DNA from: the human T2T-CHM13v2.0 reference genome, Homo sapiens
Strand: one strand, 5' to 3'
NCBI RefSeq assembly: GCF_009914755.1
Contig: NC_060925.1
DNA length: 64,000 nucleotides
Positions 37,797-52,758 of this stretch are shown one piece after another; within the stretch, counting starts at the first letter, position 1; every line of letters begins with the position of its first letter. The position numbers were made by a program, and so were the translations under genes. Under the pieces are notes generated by a model, which saw only the letters and a list, made by a program, of their open reading frames with translations, did no database searches and had not been told where the DNA came from.

Positions 37797-38844
37797 TTAA
37801 AGAAGAAAAGCCATAAGGTCAATAAAATCCAAAAAACATAACCCAAATTTAAAAACAGAATTAGAAATCTAAACATCTTTATGCTTTGCAAAACAATTAC
37901 AAATGGAATAAACTTTTTAATCAGCTTAAAATTTAAATCTTTCTGACTTTCAAATTATGAATGCTATGAGGGGAAGCTGTTACTGGAAAATAATTTCTAG
38001 AGGATTTCATAAAATGTAATATATGTAGCATTTTAAGTGCTTATGACTTTTATTGATACAGGAAGATGCCTGTAATGTAATGTTAAATATTAAATTCCAA
38101 ATATAAAATTGGCATATTATGATACATATTATGACTTTAATTGTGGTACTTATTTTATTTATTTATTCTTGGAAATAAGCCAGAATGCAAAATGTAAGAA
38201 GTTACTCTACATGAAATTAAAGATGATGACTATTTTCTTCTCTTTACTTTTCTGCAAAGTCCAAATGGTCTGCAAGACACATGTATTACCACTTATTAAT
38301 TAGTTTAAAAAATGCTTTAAAAAAACATTCACTGCTCTATTACAAAAAAACATATAGAACCCTATTAGGTTCTCACCACAATCTGTAAAAAAGAAAACCA
38401 CATGGAAAGATACTGGCTACAGGGAGCTGGGAAGAACATCTAAATTCTTCATTGTAGCAGGGAAGAACACCCAAGGTGGGTAGCAGGAAAATGCCCTTGG
38501 AAACCTGCAGAGTCTGTGAAATAGAAATTTATTCATGAATAGGTAGGACTGTACCCCAATTCTTACAGAATATACCCCAAAGTCCATTTCTTCTCAATTA
38601 AATGCTCCAAAACCCATTCTCAAATTATCTTGGTTTGTTCCCAAATGGCTAGTATTTGGGAGAGAAGAGGTCCAACTGCATTTAGCCATTACTTAGAATG
38701 GTACCTTCTGGGATCATATTTTGACATAATATCTGCTTTATTGTTTAATATAAAATTCAGTAGTCTAACAAGAATGCCTATAATAAAACTTATCTCCCTC
38801 AGGCACAATATTGGAATTTTAAACGTTTTTAAAAGATGACTACA

Positions 38845-41800
38845 GAATATAAATTCAAGACCATCTATTACCAAAGCAGAAATTTAAAACTTATGCTTGG
38901 GATGTAAACAGCTACAAAGAATGATGCTCTCTCCCAAAGAGAAAACCCTAGGTAAGCTTTAAAAAAAATAAACAAAAAAAACCTATTTTTAAGCCACATC
39001 AGAGAGCTCAGGTTGCAAGGCAACCAAACCACATTCCTAAGAGGAGCAAGGCTATTCAATGAGAAACTGGACACACAACTAAATCACCTTTGGCAGAGCA
39101 CAGGAAAAAGAGATGGCCACCATCCAAGCAGTTAAAAAGAAATTAGCTAAAATTTTAAAGGCCAAGCGTGGGGCTGTCACTTTAGAGCAACAAGAACCCC
39201 AGACACGAGAAGTTCCCACACACTCTTAAGCTCTTCTCCATAGGTCTTTACCATGTGTTCCTAAGAAAAAATAGGGGTAGGAAAGGAGACCCAAGAAAGT
39301 CTCCCCTAGTGGCATAAACAGGAAGAAAGTGATTGACAGTGACAGGCAGTGAGGAGACAAAGCCCACCAACCTTCCATAGATTTTACAAAGCAAAAAAAC
39401 AAGTTTGCAGTAAAGGCAGCAAAACCTGTCACCCATAGGACTCTGGCAAAGATTCACTGCTTCTGGGGGAAGAATGGAAACAAAACCCTGGTGCCTCTAG
39501 GGAGGGATAGGAAACCCTTACCCAGTACATAGGCAAAGATGTTCTGCTGCTGGAGGAAAAGTAGAAGCAAATCCCTTGAACTCTGGGAGAGGTATAGGAA
39601 ACTACCTTGGGCCCAGGATCCTATACAGATACCATGTAGAGGTCTGCTACACCTGGAGAAGAGGCGCGAAACTCTCACCCAAAAGTAACTACAGATACAC
39701 AAGACTAGTCTGGCTGAGGGAAGAAACACTGAAACAGCCCACCCTAAGTTCGAGGGTCTGCATAAGACTAAGGCTGGACCAACACAACAGAGAAAACTCC
39801 TTGCCTCTACCAAAAGCATACCACTGAATAACAAGCAAACACAGTCTACTGACAGAGAAGGGACGAGAAATCCCCATGTGTAAAAAGGTGGGCAGAGACA
39901 ACTAAAATCTAAAGAGATGAAAAAACAAAAAAATCCTACCGCACCCTCTCCAAGCACAAATTAACAGGAGCCCACTGCTGGAGGAATGTAAAGTTTGTGG
40001 TATACTGAAGATAAAGACATAAATTTAAAAAAAATCCACATTACTGACAGACAGACTCAATCCCCACAAGAACGGCCTGAGAAAAAAGATGCTTGTCCAT
40101 TCACAAGTACAAGTACTATTTAACTCAACGTCTACCATTCTTCTACACAGATATCTGGTCTCAGGCAACAATTATAAGACATAGAAAAGAAAGGAAAACT
40201 TACTGCCAAGAGATAAAATAATCAACAAAACCCAAGAGAAGACTCAGGTGTTAGAACTATCAGAAAAAAAAAATTAAAATAACCATGCTTAATATGTTAA
40301 AGGGTCTAGCAGAAAAAAAGTGGACAACTTGCTTGCATAAAGAGATGGAGAATTTCAACAGAAATGTGAAAACTAAAGAAAGAGACAAATATAAACGATA
40401 GAAATAAAAAACATTAAACATGATTAAAGATTTTTAAAATTCCTCAGATGGGCTCATCATTAAACTAGACACAACTAGGGAAAGGCTCAGAGAATTTTGA
40501 GGGTAGAGTAACAGAAATTTCCAAACAGAGACTGGCACATTCACAAAGAGCAAAACAAAAACAAAACAGATCATCCAAGAACTGTGTGATGATAAATGCA
40601 ATTAAAGTCCCAGAAGGAGAAAAAAAAGGAATGGGGCAGAGGGAAAATCTGAAGTAACAGTCAAGAATCTTCAAAAAAATAATGCAAGACATCAACCCAA
40701 ATATGCAAGAATTTCAGAGAACACCAAGCAGAATAAAGTAAAAATCCACATCCCCATATTAATTACAGTGAAAGGGCTAAAAATCAAAAAAAAGAACATC
40801 TTGAAGGCAGCCAGAGAAAGCAGATTATATATAAAGGAATAAAGGTAAGAATTACAGTGGACTTTTCAAAAACTATGCAAGCCAGAAGGCAATGGAGTGA
40901 CATCTTAAAATACTGAAAGAAAAAAAAACCTGTGCAGTGAAAATATCTCTCAAAAATAAAGGCAAAATAAAGACTTCCAAACAAAAGCTGAAAAAATTCA
41001 TTTCGGCTCACTGACACTGTTATAAGGAAGTTCTTTTGGCAGAAGTATGAAATCAAACAAAAATGCAGATCACAAAAATAAATGAACAGTGCCGGAAATG
41101 GTAAAAAATGAAGGTAGATTTAATGCTTTAAAAAAAACTGTATGAAGATATTCAGACTGTAAAATATAAAAAATAAATTGTATAAAGCAAATATAATTTA
41201 TTACGGAGTTTGGAACCATGTAAAAGTAAAATGTATGACAACAATAGCAAAAAGGATGGGTCAAAGGAACTGGAAAGACGTGGTTTATAAAATTCTTACA
41301 TTATACATGAAATGGTTTAATACTATTTGAAGGTAAAGTGCAGTAACTTAAAGATGTTACAATCAACTGAATATCTGCGTCCCCTCAAAATTCTTATGTT
41401 GAAACCTAATTCCCAATGTGATGATATTTGGAGGTGGAGCCTTTAAGGTGATTAGGTTATGAAGGGTGTCCTCATGAATGAGACTAGTGTTTATAAAAGA
41501 GGCCTCAGAGAATTTATTTCCCTATTCTACCATGTAAGGTTATAATGAGAATGGGATCATCTATGAGCCAGGAAACAGGCCATCACCAGAATCTGCTGGC
41601 ATCTTGATTTTGGAATTCCCAGCCTCCAGAATTATGAGAAATAAACATTTGTTGTTTGTAAGCCCCCCACTCTAGGTTTTTGGTTTTCTTTTTGTTGTTA
41701 TAGCAGCCTGAATGAACTAAGATGTATATAGTAAACCCTAGAGTAATCACTAAAAACAATTTAGAAAGGGGATAACTAATAACAGAATTGTGGCGATAAA

Positions 41801-41870
41801 ATGGAATCATAAAAAATACACAATTCAAATCTAAAATAAGACATGAAAAAAGAAAGAGGCATCAGACAAA
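38845..41870 (+). mobile_element. Old L1M 5'UTR/ORF1 remnant (approximate)
   Basis: ORF1-like aagaattacagtggacttttcaaaaactatgcaagccagaaggcaatggagtgacatctt. Confidence 0.7.
41355..41724 (+). mobile_element. MLT1A-type MaLR solo LTR inside L1M
   Basis: ctgaatatctgcgtcccctcaaaattc...ccctattctaccatgtaagg...caccagaatctgctggcatcttgattttgga...tagcagcctgaatgaactaaga. Confidence 0.88.
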
Positions 41871-41989
41871 CTAGTTCACCTACCCAGCTTAAAAGTTCAA
41901 GATGAGGGGAAAATACAAATCAAGATGGTCAGAAGAAACAAGTATCATTAGTAAATGGCTCAGTGTGAACTCATCACTTCAAAGGAAGT

Positions 41990-43020
41990 ACACACCTCTA
42001 CAGTCTTCCTCCTCTACAAAAAGCTTAAATGTTGGAAATCTTCAGGGTTCTGCCCTATGTCTTTTTCATTTCTACATCTGCTGCCTAGCCAATCTCAGTT
42101 ACAGCCAATTGCCACCTGTGATAAATCACTTAAATCTGTCTAGATCCAGCACAGACCTTTCTCCTGAGTTCCTAACGTGTATTTCCAACTATCAACTGCA
42201 CATCTCCAGAAACTCCTCAAACTCAACATATTTAAAATTAAACTCAATCTTTATGCCCAATGTGATCTTATTTCAGTTTTCCCTTCTCAGTTTAAAGACA
42301 TTATTATTCACATAACTGCTCCAATGAGAAACCTAAAAAACATCCTTAACTCCTGTCTCTTCCTTACCATCTAAAACAAATCTATCACTAAATCTTACTA
42401 AGCCTACCTTAGATCTGCCTATCTTACCCCATCTTTTCTGTGACTATCTCAATCCAGGGAACCAGTCTCAGCAAAACTAGTACAACAGCTTCCTAACTGG
42501 TGTCTCCCTTCCTCTCAGCCCTGCTTCCATCATTCTCCACCCTGCAGAGAGTTATGTCTTCACAATGCAATTTTGGTGTTACCCCTTAACTTAAAAACTT
42601 CCAGTGCACTTAGGACAAAATCCAATATTCTTAAGCCCCCAAAGACTCTTCATGATCTGACCCTATCTTGCTTTCAACATTCATCCCCTCCAATGTTCTC
42701 TCTCAGGTTCTAAGCTTTCCACAAATTGCTACATCTGCAAAGATTACTGCCCCCAGCCTTACTCCATCTTCTTTACCTAAATCAATCTACTCAGTTTTCA
42801 ATTCATTCTTGGATTAAACTTCAGTTCTTTAGGGAAGCCCTTTCTGGTGTTCACAGATATAAGTTCCACTGTAATAAACTTCGTCATCCTGAATTTCTCA
42901 TCACCTTTGCAATTGTTTGTTTAATGGTCTTCCCCCTCCATGCTGTATTCTCTACCAAAATGTAAATAGGTTCCATGAGGGTAGGAACCTTGTCTTTTAA
43001 CCCAAAAGCTAGGATACAAT
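41990..43020 (+). mobile_element. L2 LINE remnant (approximate)
   Basis: ctcaaactcaacatatttaaaattaaactc...cttcctaactggtgtctccc...cttaaaaacttccagtg. Confidence 0.75.
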
Positions 43021-43309
43021 GTTTTTCAAAGGGTAATCACATATCTGTTGGAAAAAAAATACCTAACACCTATTTAGAATGTAAAAACACTGAGATACGA
43101 AAGCCAAGACTTGTACATACACATAAAACCCACAAAGAAAAGAGGTTACTTCAGACCTTACAGCTTGGGTAGTCCCCATCTCCCATAACCCCAAGAAAAG
43201 AAGTTGGTGAAGTGGAGAGGCAGAAATAATTAGGTGATTTTTTTCAATCACCTAATCAATCAATATGATGAAGCCATGCTGATTGGCCTTAAAAACACCG
43301 TCCCCAAAA

Positions 43310-43480
43310 GCAGTTTCTCAAAACTACAGTTTATCTGCACTAGAATTACTTGAAATGTTATTTTAATGCAGATTCCTAGGCTCTATCCAAGGCACCTAAT
43401 TTAAAATCTCTGGAGTAGTGACCTGACAATTCTAATTTTAAAAGCATTCTATGTAATTTTTATTTAAAGCTGAGTTTAAA
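43310..43480 (+). mobile_element. MER5-like hAT DNA element
   Basis: gcagtttctcaaaact...tagaattacttgaa...aatgcagattcctaggc...aaatctctggag. Confidence 0.6.
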
Positions 43481-44241
43481 CTGCCACCTCCAATCCAACC
43501 AACTGCTACATTCTTATCCATTCTTTCTTCTGTGAGTCCTGGTTTCTGTCCCCACAGGTCCCCCCAAAAATCAATATAAGTACTCATTTGTTCTACCCTA
43601 CCTAAAATGGTTTCAGAACTGCTCTCAACTTTCTAACTTCTTCCCTCCCAGCTTCTTTCCTAGGGGTTTTTTGGAGATAGAGACTGCCTCTACTGAAGTT
43701 CCACTACCGGACACAAATCTACTAAGTTGATGATTTCTTTGTAACTATTTTTGGCCTTGGAATGTATGCCATGAAGGTATATAAGGTATATACCAAAAGT
43801 TTCTTCAATTTGCTTTTTTCTGTGTGATCACATTATTAATTCAAAACAATGTTAGGCTTGTTTCTGCTTGCATTCTCTTTGAGGGTTTCCTTTTTTCATC
43901 CCTTTTCATTTTTTTTTTAAATATGTAAAACATGTACATGGGTTCAAAAGTTAAAACCATATAAAAAGGTATATTCAAAATCTTATTTCCTTCTACATCC
44001 TTTCCACCTTGGCTCCCAACTATCCCCTAGGGGTAGTTATATTAAATACACTTCTAGTTTAAATTCCTAAATTTCTTTTCACAACAATGACCAAACACAT
44101 AATGTATAATATTATTCCTTTTTTACCCACACAAAAAGTAGCACAATACACCCACACACCACCTTTGTATTTTTCTTTTTTAAAATTATCCTAAACTTCA
44201 ACAACTTAATAAGTTAACTTTCCTCAAAGTGAATACCATGA

Positions 44242-44554
<313 letters not shown>

Positions 44555-45991
44555 TGAAAATTTAATTCCTTTTCCTCTAGTTCAGAATACAAAATCATTC
44601 AATTATGGAATATCCAAAGAGGTATTTTTAATATGTAATCTCCCTTCAAGGCCCTGACACAAAATGAAAGGGAGTTTACTAAAATTCTATTTGAGTCCTT
44701 TTAAGCAACAGGGGCAACATAATGTCCTCTGTGTTGCATCAGTTCACTCTGCATTTCTGGAAAGGTGGTGACAGTCACTTTAAGGTCTTTCTCCAAACCT
44801 CTCTTCAACCAATACAAGCTAACTTCACAAGCTCTAAGTGACCTCCCATTTTCCCACATCCCATCGCCTCCATACCTGAAGAAGAGTTAGCAGCAGACTG
44901 CTGAAGTGTTCTAAACAAAACTAAGGAGAGTGAATGGGAAGTAAAATAGAACAAGGCCTGCGCAAAGGAGAAGATAAACTAGGTTCCATCTGTCTCCACT
45001 CGAAGTGTTCAAAATATTTCTATGTTTATAAAAATAAAATTAAAAGTGATCATGCCATGTGCTAGGCACCAGATACTTAAAAATTGGGTAAAGGAAATTT
45101 TAATAGTAATCTCTGGAAATATTAAAAGTCTGCCTAAAGCAGTAGATTGGACCAGATCATCTCTCTCAGGATCTTCTAGTTCTAAGAGCAACATCATCCT
45201 TCTCTACCCATTAGTTCTCTATTTCTTTTTCTTCCCATTGAAACTTTATCACTACATCTAAAACAGTTTCAGACCCATGACTTGGGCTGGCTATCGGCAA
45301 GGAGTATCAGCAGAATGGATTTGGCATTTTTAGGTAGACGTCATCAAAAATGAAGCCAGACAAGTTAATGAGGAAAACAATACTCGAACTTTATATGCTA
45401 TTCCTTAAATTTGGACCAAGCTCTTCAGTTTGGCATTCATATATTCATAGGATCTCCATATTCTGACTCTATCACGTTCTCTACTGCAAGCCACTATAAC
45501 CAAGTGCTTCCTAACACTTGAACTTTGAAAAACACCTCCACAAATCTTAACTCTTCTTCAAAACACAGCTCAAGTCCCACTTCCCTCAATGGTTATCTAA
45601 TGATTCCCCACTTCCTTGTACTCTAGTGGCATTTACTCTGTACCACTCAATTTAGATTATCATACTCCCCATAAACTCATTAACTGTACCCTTCATTTAA
45701 CACTTTTTACTACGTCACATACACAATGGATATTTTTATAGTTTACACACAGTAGGTGTGGCCAATTAGTCAACTATTTATAGCACAGCACTCTGGATTC
45801 CTCTATTACAGAGCTTTTTACACAGCATAATTACTTGTTTATATGTATTCTTCTCATCTAATAAAGATTGTAGCTCCCTTAGGCCCTGTGCTATGCTTCC
45901 TAGTACTGCCAAAGCCTAGCATACTGCTTCACAAGAGCAGATAATAAATAAATCCTTTTCACATTATCAAATGAAAGACGAAATCAGCTGA

Positions 45992-46651
<660 letters not shown>

Positions 46652-47049
46652 ATGAATTCTTATTGGGCTTTCTAAGCCACATACTCAAATTTTAGCCATT
46701 TCTACTCCCTAGCCACCATGTGTTTTCATTGCCACACAGGTTTATCAAAATTTTCTAGCCTTTTCTCAGGCTAAATATTGACAAAGAAAGTCTACAGTAC
46801 CCAGGGGTAAAGCCAGAAAGCACAGCTTAAATAGAGCCACTACTACTTGCTTAGAATGATGCATTGATTCATGTTTCATTCAAGTTTTATTCGGTATATC
46901 CTCCACTGAAACATTCTGTTAGGATAGACTCCTATTCAAAATATACTGTTAACAATCACTTCTCATACTGAGTCAGCCAGTTGAGGGGAGTTTATCCTGG
47001 AAAATTAAATTTATTAAGTATTTAATATAGTTTTTGCAGAATTATGCAT

Positions 47050-47310
47050 CTTGTGTAATGGTTAAGAACATGAGCATTGAAAAAAATCTCTACATCTACC
47101 AAGTCTGGTACCAAATCCTGACTCTATCATTCTCTAGCTGAGAAACACTACAAAGTTACTTAACTTCTCTAATTCTCAGTTTTTTCACCTTTAAAATTTG
47201 GAAAATAATAGTACCTACTTCATAAGGCTATTGTGTGGCCTAAAGAGACAATGATGGCACTTAGTATAGTGCCTGGCAGACAGAAAATAATAAAAGCAGC
47301 TATTATTTGA
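47050..47310 (+). mobile_element. MIR
   Basis: gtgtaatggttaagaacatg...ttacttaacttctctaattctcagttttttcacctttaaaat. Confidence 0.8.
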
Positions 47311-48021
47311 GTATCTAAGTACAGAAACAAAAACTAATGAAACAAGATTTCTGAACAAAAAAACTCTAAGTTTATAATACTGTTATTAATAAAGCATATG
47401 GTAACACAAGAGACTGATTCTATAGGGAGATGAGAAATAATACATGAGCTGAAATAATAGGGCAATATCAACTAAAAAAAAAAGGCGGCGGGGGGGCAAA
47501 ACAGACAAGGTCCAAGGAGAAATAAGAAAAAAACAAAAGCAAGAAGGAAATAGATGTGCTTACTTACAGGGACAGCTAGTAGGCTGGAATGGCGAGAAGT
47601 ATATGAAAGGAAGGTACAAAAAATAAAGCTGAAAAGGTAGATTGGGACCAAGATTCATGCTTTCATTCAAACTGCACTTATTGAAGCTTACTAAATGGAA
47701 GCACTCTGTGCTAAGGTATGGAAGAGAAAGAGATACAAAAACTTCAATGAGGCACAATCCCTTCCCTTACAAGGGAATCACGCACAGCACATCCTTGGTG
47801 CACGGTAAATCAGCAAATGTCTCTAATAAATCCAGTCAAATGAAAAAGGCAAAAGTGTTGAAGTAGGAAGGCCTAAGAGAAACTAAAGAGTAACTACCAT
47901 CTGATGATAGACCTAAAGCCCTATAACTCCCTTCCTCTACATGTATACACACACCCCACATAGCACACGACTTGTTAATTCCTATGTAAGAATATGAATA
48001 TAACATGTGCAGGGACGAAAG

Positions 48022-48306
48022 AAAGCAGTGGCCCACATCTATAATCCCGGCACTTTGGGAAGCAGAGGCAGGCAGATCACTTGAGGCGAAGACCAGTCCA
48101 GGCAACATAGCAAGACCCTAAAAATTAGCCAGGTGGGCATAGCAGCACCCACCCGTAGTCGTAGCTACTCAGGAGGACCACTTGAGCCCAGGAGTTTGAG
48201 GCTGCAGTGAGCTAGGATCATACCACTGAACTCCAGCCAGGCTGACAGAGAAAACAAGACTTTGTCTAAAAACAAAATAAAACTTAAAATAAAAATTTAA
48301 AAAAAG
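48022..48306 (+). mobile_element. AluJ with deletions
   Basis: ttgagcccaggagtttgaggctgcagtgagctaggatc. Confidence 0.85.
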
Positions 48307-48654
48307 AAAGTTGAATGATTTGTTGTATAACATAAATTAGCTAGTACCTCAAAAGTCTCCTTAAAGAAATGGTTGATTCCAGGGGCAAGGAAGATACAAT
48401 ATAGCCCTGGAACATCTCAAGGTGCCAAAAAAAAGGGCTAAGCAAACAGAAGTATGGGGCCAGCCTGTAAGAGCTCCCAGTGGCCAAAGTTGCACAATTT
48501 GAATGACAACAACAGCACAAAGAATAAATATCTATGAGTGCATACTATTAGAAATAAATTATTGAATGAATAAAAGGGACTAAAGGAACAACTCATCTTT
48601 TCAGAAGAATATCAATTAATAAATGTCAAAGGAATTAAGGAAAAGGGACAATCA

Positions 48655-49035
<381 letters not shown>

Positions 49036-49071
49036 CTAAAATTAATGGATAAAAGTTTAAGAAATAAAGTA

Positions 49072-49261
49072 CAGTAAGTCTTCATTTAGCACTACTAATG
49101 GGGTTCTTGGAAACCGCAACACTAAGTCAAACAAAAGTATAGCACGTCTTCAAATAACATCATTTCGTTATAATGTTGATGAGGAAAAAAAATTGGTCTC
49201 ATTTTATGTTGTTTTGCTTAAAGTCAGTTTCCAAGAACCTATCAAAGTTGAGGACTTACTG
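49072..49261 (+). mobile_element. MER6-like TcMar-Tigger MITE
   Basis: TIRs cagtaagtcttca / tgaggacttactg with TA duplication. Confidence 0.8.
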
Positions 49262-49509
49262 TATTTGCATATGCTCAAAGCATCCCCCCAAAACATATTA
49301 TTATTTACAAAGTGATAAATAGTAAACTTTACAATGAAGAAACCTGGCAGACATCCCCTTAACCGAAGAATCACAGTTAACATTCCCATTAAGACATACT
49401 TATATTATCTATCCTCTGATATGTTATGCACAAAAGGCCATATCGGTATTATTCTTCCCAAAAATGTATTACCTCATTCTAATTACAAGAAAACATCTAA
49501 TCATGAGCA

Positions 49510-49613
49510 ACATATATTGCCCAGGCTGGTCTCAAACTCTTGTCCTAAAGCAATCCTCTTGCCTTCACCTCTCAACGCACTGAGATTACAGGCGTGAGCC
49601 ACCATGCTCAGTC
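49510..49613 (-). mobile_element. Alu left-arm fragment
   Basis: ttgcccaggctggtctcaaactc...gattacaggcgtgagccacc. Confidence 0.85.
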
Positions 49614-49764
49614 AATTTCTTAGTTTTGATAATTGTACTATGGTTATGTAAGATGTTAACATTAGAAGAAGCTGATGAAATATACATGGGAACCTTCTGT
49701 ATTGCTTTTGCAACTCTTGCAATAATCTAAAATTCTTTCAAGATAAATATTTTTTAAAAAGTCT

Positions 49765-49979
49765 TGGCCAGGCACAGTGTCTCACACCTGTAACCCCAAA
49801 ACTTTGGCAGGCCGAAGCAGGAGGATCACTTGAAGCCAGGAGTTCGAGACCAGCATGGGCAACAGAGCAAGGCCCCATCTCTACAGGAAATTTAAAAATT
49901 AGCTGGCCATGGTGGCGTGCTCAGGCACTCGACCTTGGGTAACAGAGCAAGACCTTGTCTCTAATTAAAAAAAAAAAAA
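49765..49979 (+). mobile_element. AluJ with internal deletion of the right arm
   Basis: ggaggatcacttgaagccaggagttcg; ggcgtgc joins directly to gcactc. Confidence 0.85.
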
Positions 49980-49983
49980 TCTT

Positions 49984-50287
<304 letters not shown>

Positions 50288-50635
50288 TCTTGACTGATAA
50301 AGACAGTTAGTACTAGTTGCAATACTACGTTGTTTTTCACTTTAGGCTCACTGTCAACTCACCTGAACTGCAGGTATGGTTTCCAGTGAACGCTACATTA
50401 TCCCCGCTCTTACTTTATGCTACATCAGTCCTATAACATAATCAAGCTTCAACACACTAATAATCTACCAAAAATAAAGTTATTCACCTAAGCTAAAAAC
50501 TTTTTGACATCCTAAAAATCACTAGAGATCAAAATTTCATATTCAATTACATGAGCATTCACAAAGCTTTATTTTCAGTAGAAATCAACATCATTGCTTA
50601 CTTCATAAAAGTAATAATTTAAATAAAATCCTTAC

Positions 50636-50960
50636 CTTCCAACCACTGCCAGCCTCTCTATAATATGGGAAGTTATCACAAATCCACTGATAAATTTCAC
50701 TTAAAGTCATTTTCTTTTTGGGTGAGCTATTAATTGCAAATGTAATGAGGCTGGCATAACTGTATGGAGGTTTCCCATCTTTGTGCTGTTGGACTTCTTC
50801 CTGGTCCAGAGTTGTATTTGGGTCAAGGAGTGCATTCTTCTTAGAAATTCCTGTTCCATGTGCATTTTGTGTAGCATCAGATTTTTGGATGGCTGCTCTC
50901 ATGGTGAGCTGTGGTAACCAGTCCATAGACGTTAGGCTGCTCTCCAGTTCAGATGTCATC
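50636..50960 (-). CDS. FOXJ3: FOXJ3 coding exon (325 bp): (R)[18 protein letters not shown]...[47 protein letters not shown]-terminus and first half of the forkhead domain
   Basis: ORF 50603-50959 carries the forkhead signature KPPYSY...[10 protein letters not shown]...FPYY...GWK. Acceptor ttcag|G at 50961/50960 and donor AAG|gtaagg at 50636/50635. Peptide matches FOXJ3 as I recall it. Confidence 0.98.
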
Positions 50961-52269
50961 CTGAAGGTAAATAGACTCCTTAGTCAATATCAAGGAAAGA
51001 ACCCCTGCTTCTCAAAATATCCAATATTCACAAATCTAGGAGTTCCAAAGTGAGGGAAAGCCTGAGTTACATCTGGAGGAAAAAGATTGAGTATGTTAAT
51101 GAGCAAACCAAATATTTAAGGGATCAACATTCCAATCTTTTTTCTTAATTTTTTCCTCACCAAAACATAACAAACTTGGTTTTAAAATTGTTTAAAATAC
51201 AGAATATAGACAAACAAAGTGGTTCCGATGCCAATCTTTCTAAAAATCACTGCCTGTTTCTTTAAGAGGGCAACAGGATCTTGGTAAGAAAAACCCAGCT
51301 GCAGCCCAACTCTTTTACTCACCACCACCACAAGCCGTTAAAAGCTTAAAATGTACCTCTGGCATTTCTTTTACACAAATTTTAGGAGAGTCATAAAAAC
51401 AAATTACCAAAAAGTAAGGTGGAGGCAAGAGGTCAGAGAAGTAACTGAGAAACTGGCATAGCAATCTGCATGAAGGAAAGAAGGTAGAGTTTATGCAGGT
51501 AGGCGGTAGGAAGAGTAAAGCAGGGTATACAAGAATAGCAAGGAGACAAGCTAGCTGGGGGAGTTGACCGAAAAAAGGAATGCAAAGTCAAGGACACTGA
51601 TGAGTGAGAGAAAAATTAAATTAGGCAGTACCAGGGAGTTACTTTTTTTAAAAAACAAGTCAAGGAACAGGTTTACAAAAACTAACTGAAATTGTGGGAG
51701 TACAGAATCTAAGGCATTAAATCACATAAATGGTCAGCAAGAAAAGAAGCATTAAAAACTAAAAGACAGGTTTGGGCAAACGTCCAGTGATTTGAATTCT
51801 GTAGTGTATTTCTCTCCAAAGCTGAAAAATTCAGACCATTACCACACAAAGAAAGAAAACTAAATCTGCCAGGTTAACACATATCCTCGAAAAGGGAGAA
51901 AGCTGCTCTAAGAATTGAAGATAAGAATATAGAAACAAGGCTTGACACTTCACATTGGAATTGTTAACTTTCAGCAGAGGACATAAGCCCTTCTATTCTG
52001 GGATCAAAGAAGCAGGAATAATGACTGACAATAAAGTAGAGAAGAATGAAAAGACTTCTAAGTGATATCAAAATAAAGGAAAAAAGGACAACAAAATAAA
52101 AAAAAACTTAAAGGTTTCTTTTGACTTAAAAGTCAAAAGAAAACATTTGTAGCTATGAAAATCCCATATAGCCCCTTCATTCCAAATGGCTCCTGACAAA
52201 AAGCAACCTTGAATATTATGTATAGGATCTGAACAACTTGGCGGCAACAGAGAATAATAAAGAACAGGG

Positions 52270-52470
52270 AGTTTGGGGTAAGGAAGACCCAGAGTCTAAG
52301 TACTGATTCTAACAGTTATAAGCTGTAGAACTGTGAAGATGTTAATTACCTCTACCTCCCAGTTTCCTCATCTGTAAAATGCAACAATAGTACTTATGGT
52401 CAAAATATTACTTTGAAAATTAAATGTATTAAAACATGCACAAAAAAATATTCAGTAAGTGCTAGTTAAT
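52270..52470 (+). mobile_element. MIR
   Basis: Core cagtttcctcatctgtaaaatg. Confidence 0.8.
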
Positions 52471-52721
52471 AATATTAGTCTAGGAGTATCTTGGGAGGGC
52501 ACTAATGCACTATAAAGTAAACCACATTAAGCAAAAGCAATTATAAATCAGAAGACAACCACGAGGATTCTACCTGCACTGCCAGTAAATTCAGTCCTCT
52601 TGATTTTCAGGTATGTTGATCCATAATTTTACCTTACTCATTTTCTCAAATTCCCTCCATCTCTATTGTACACATTCCTCTGAACCTGAACTTTAAATTC
52701 ATCCATATAGCATCTTCAGAG

Positions 52722-52758
<37 letters not shown>

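Noticed and set aside
39454-39957. 167-aa minus-strand ORF
   Set aside because: Antisense frame of an A-rich old L1 5' region with biased composition and no domain.
50603-50635. ORF extension [10 protein letters not shown] after GWK
   Set aside because: Read-through into the intron past a strong GTAAGG donor; not part of FOXJ3.
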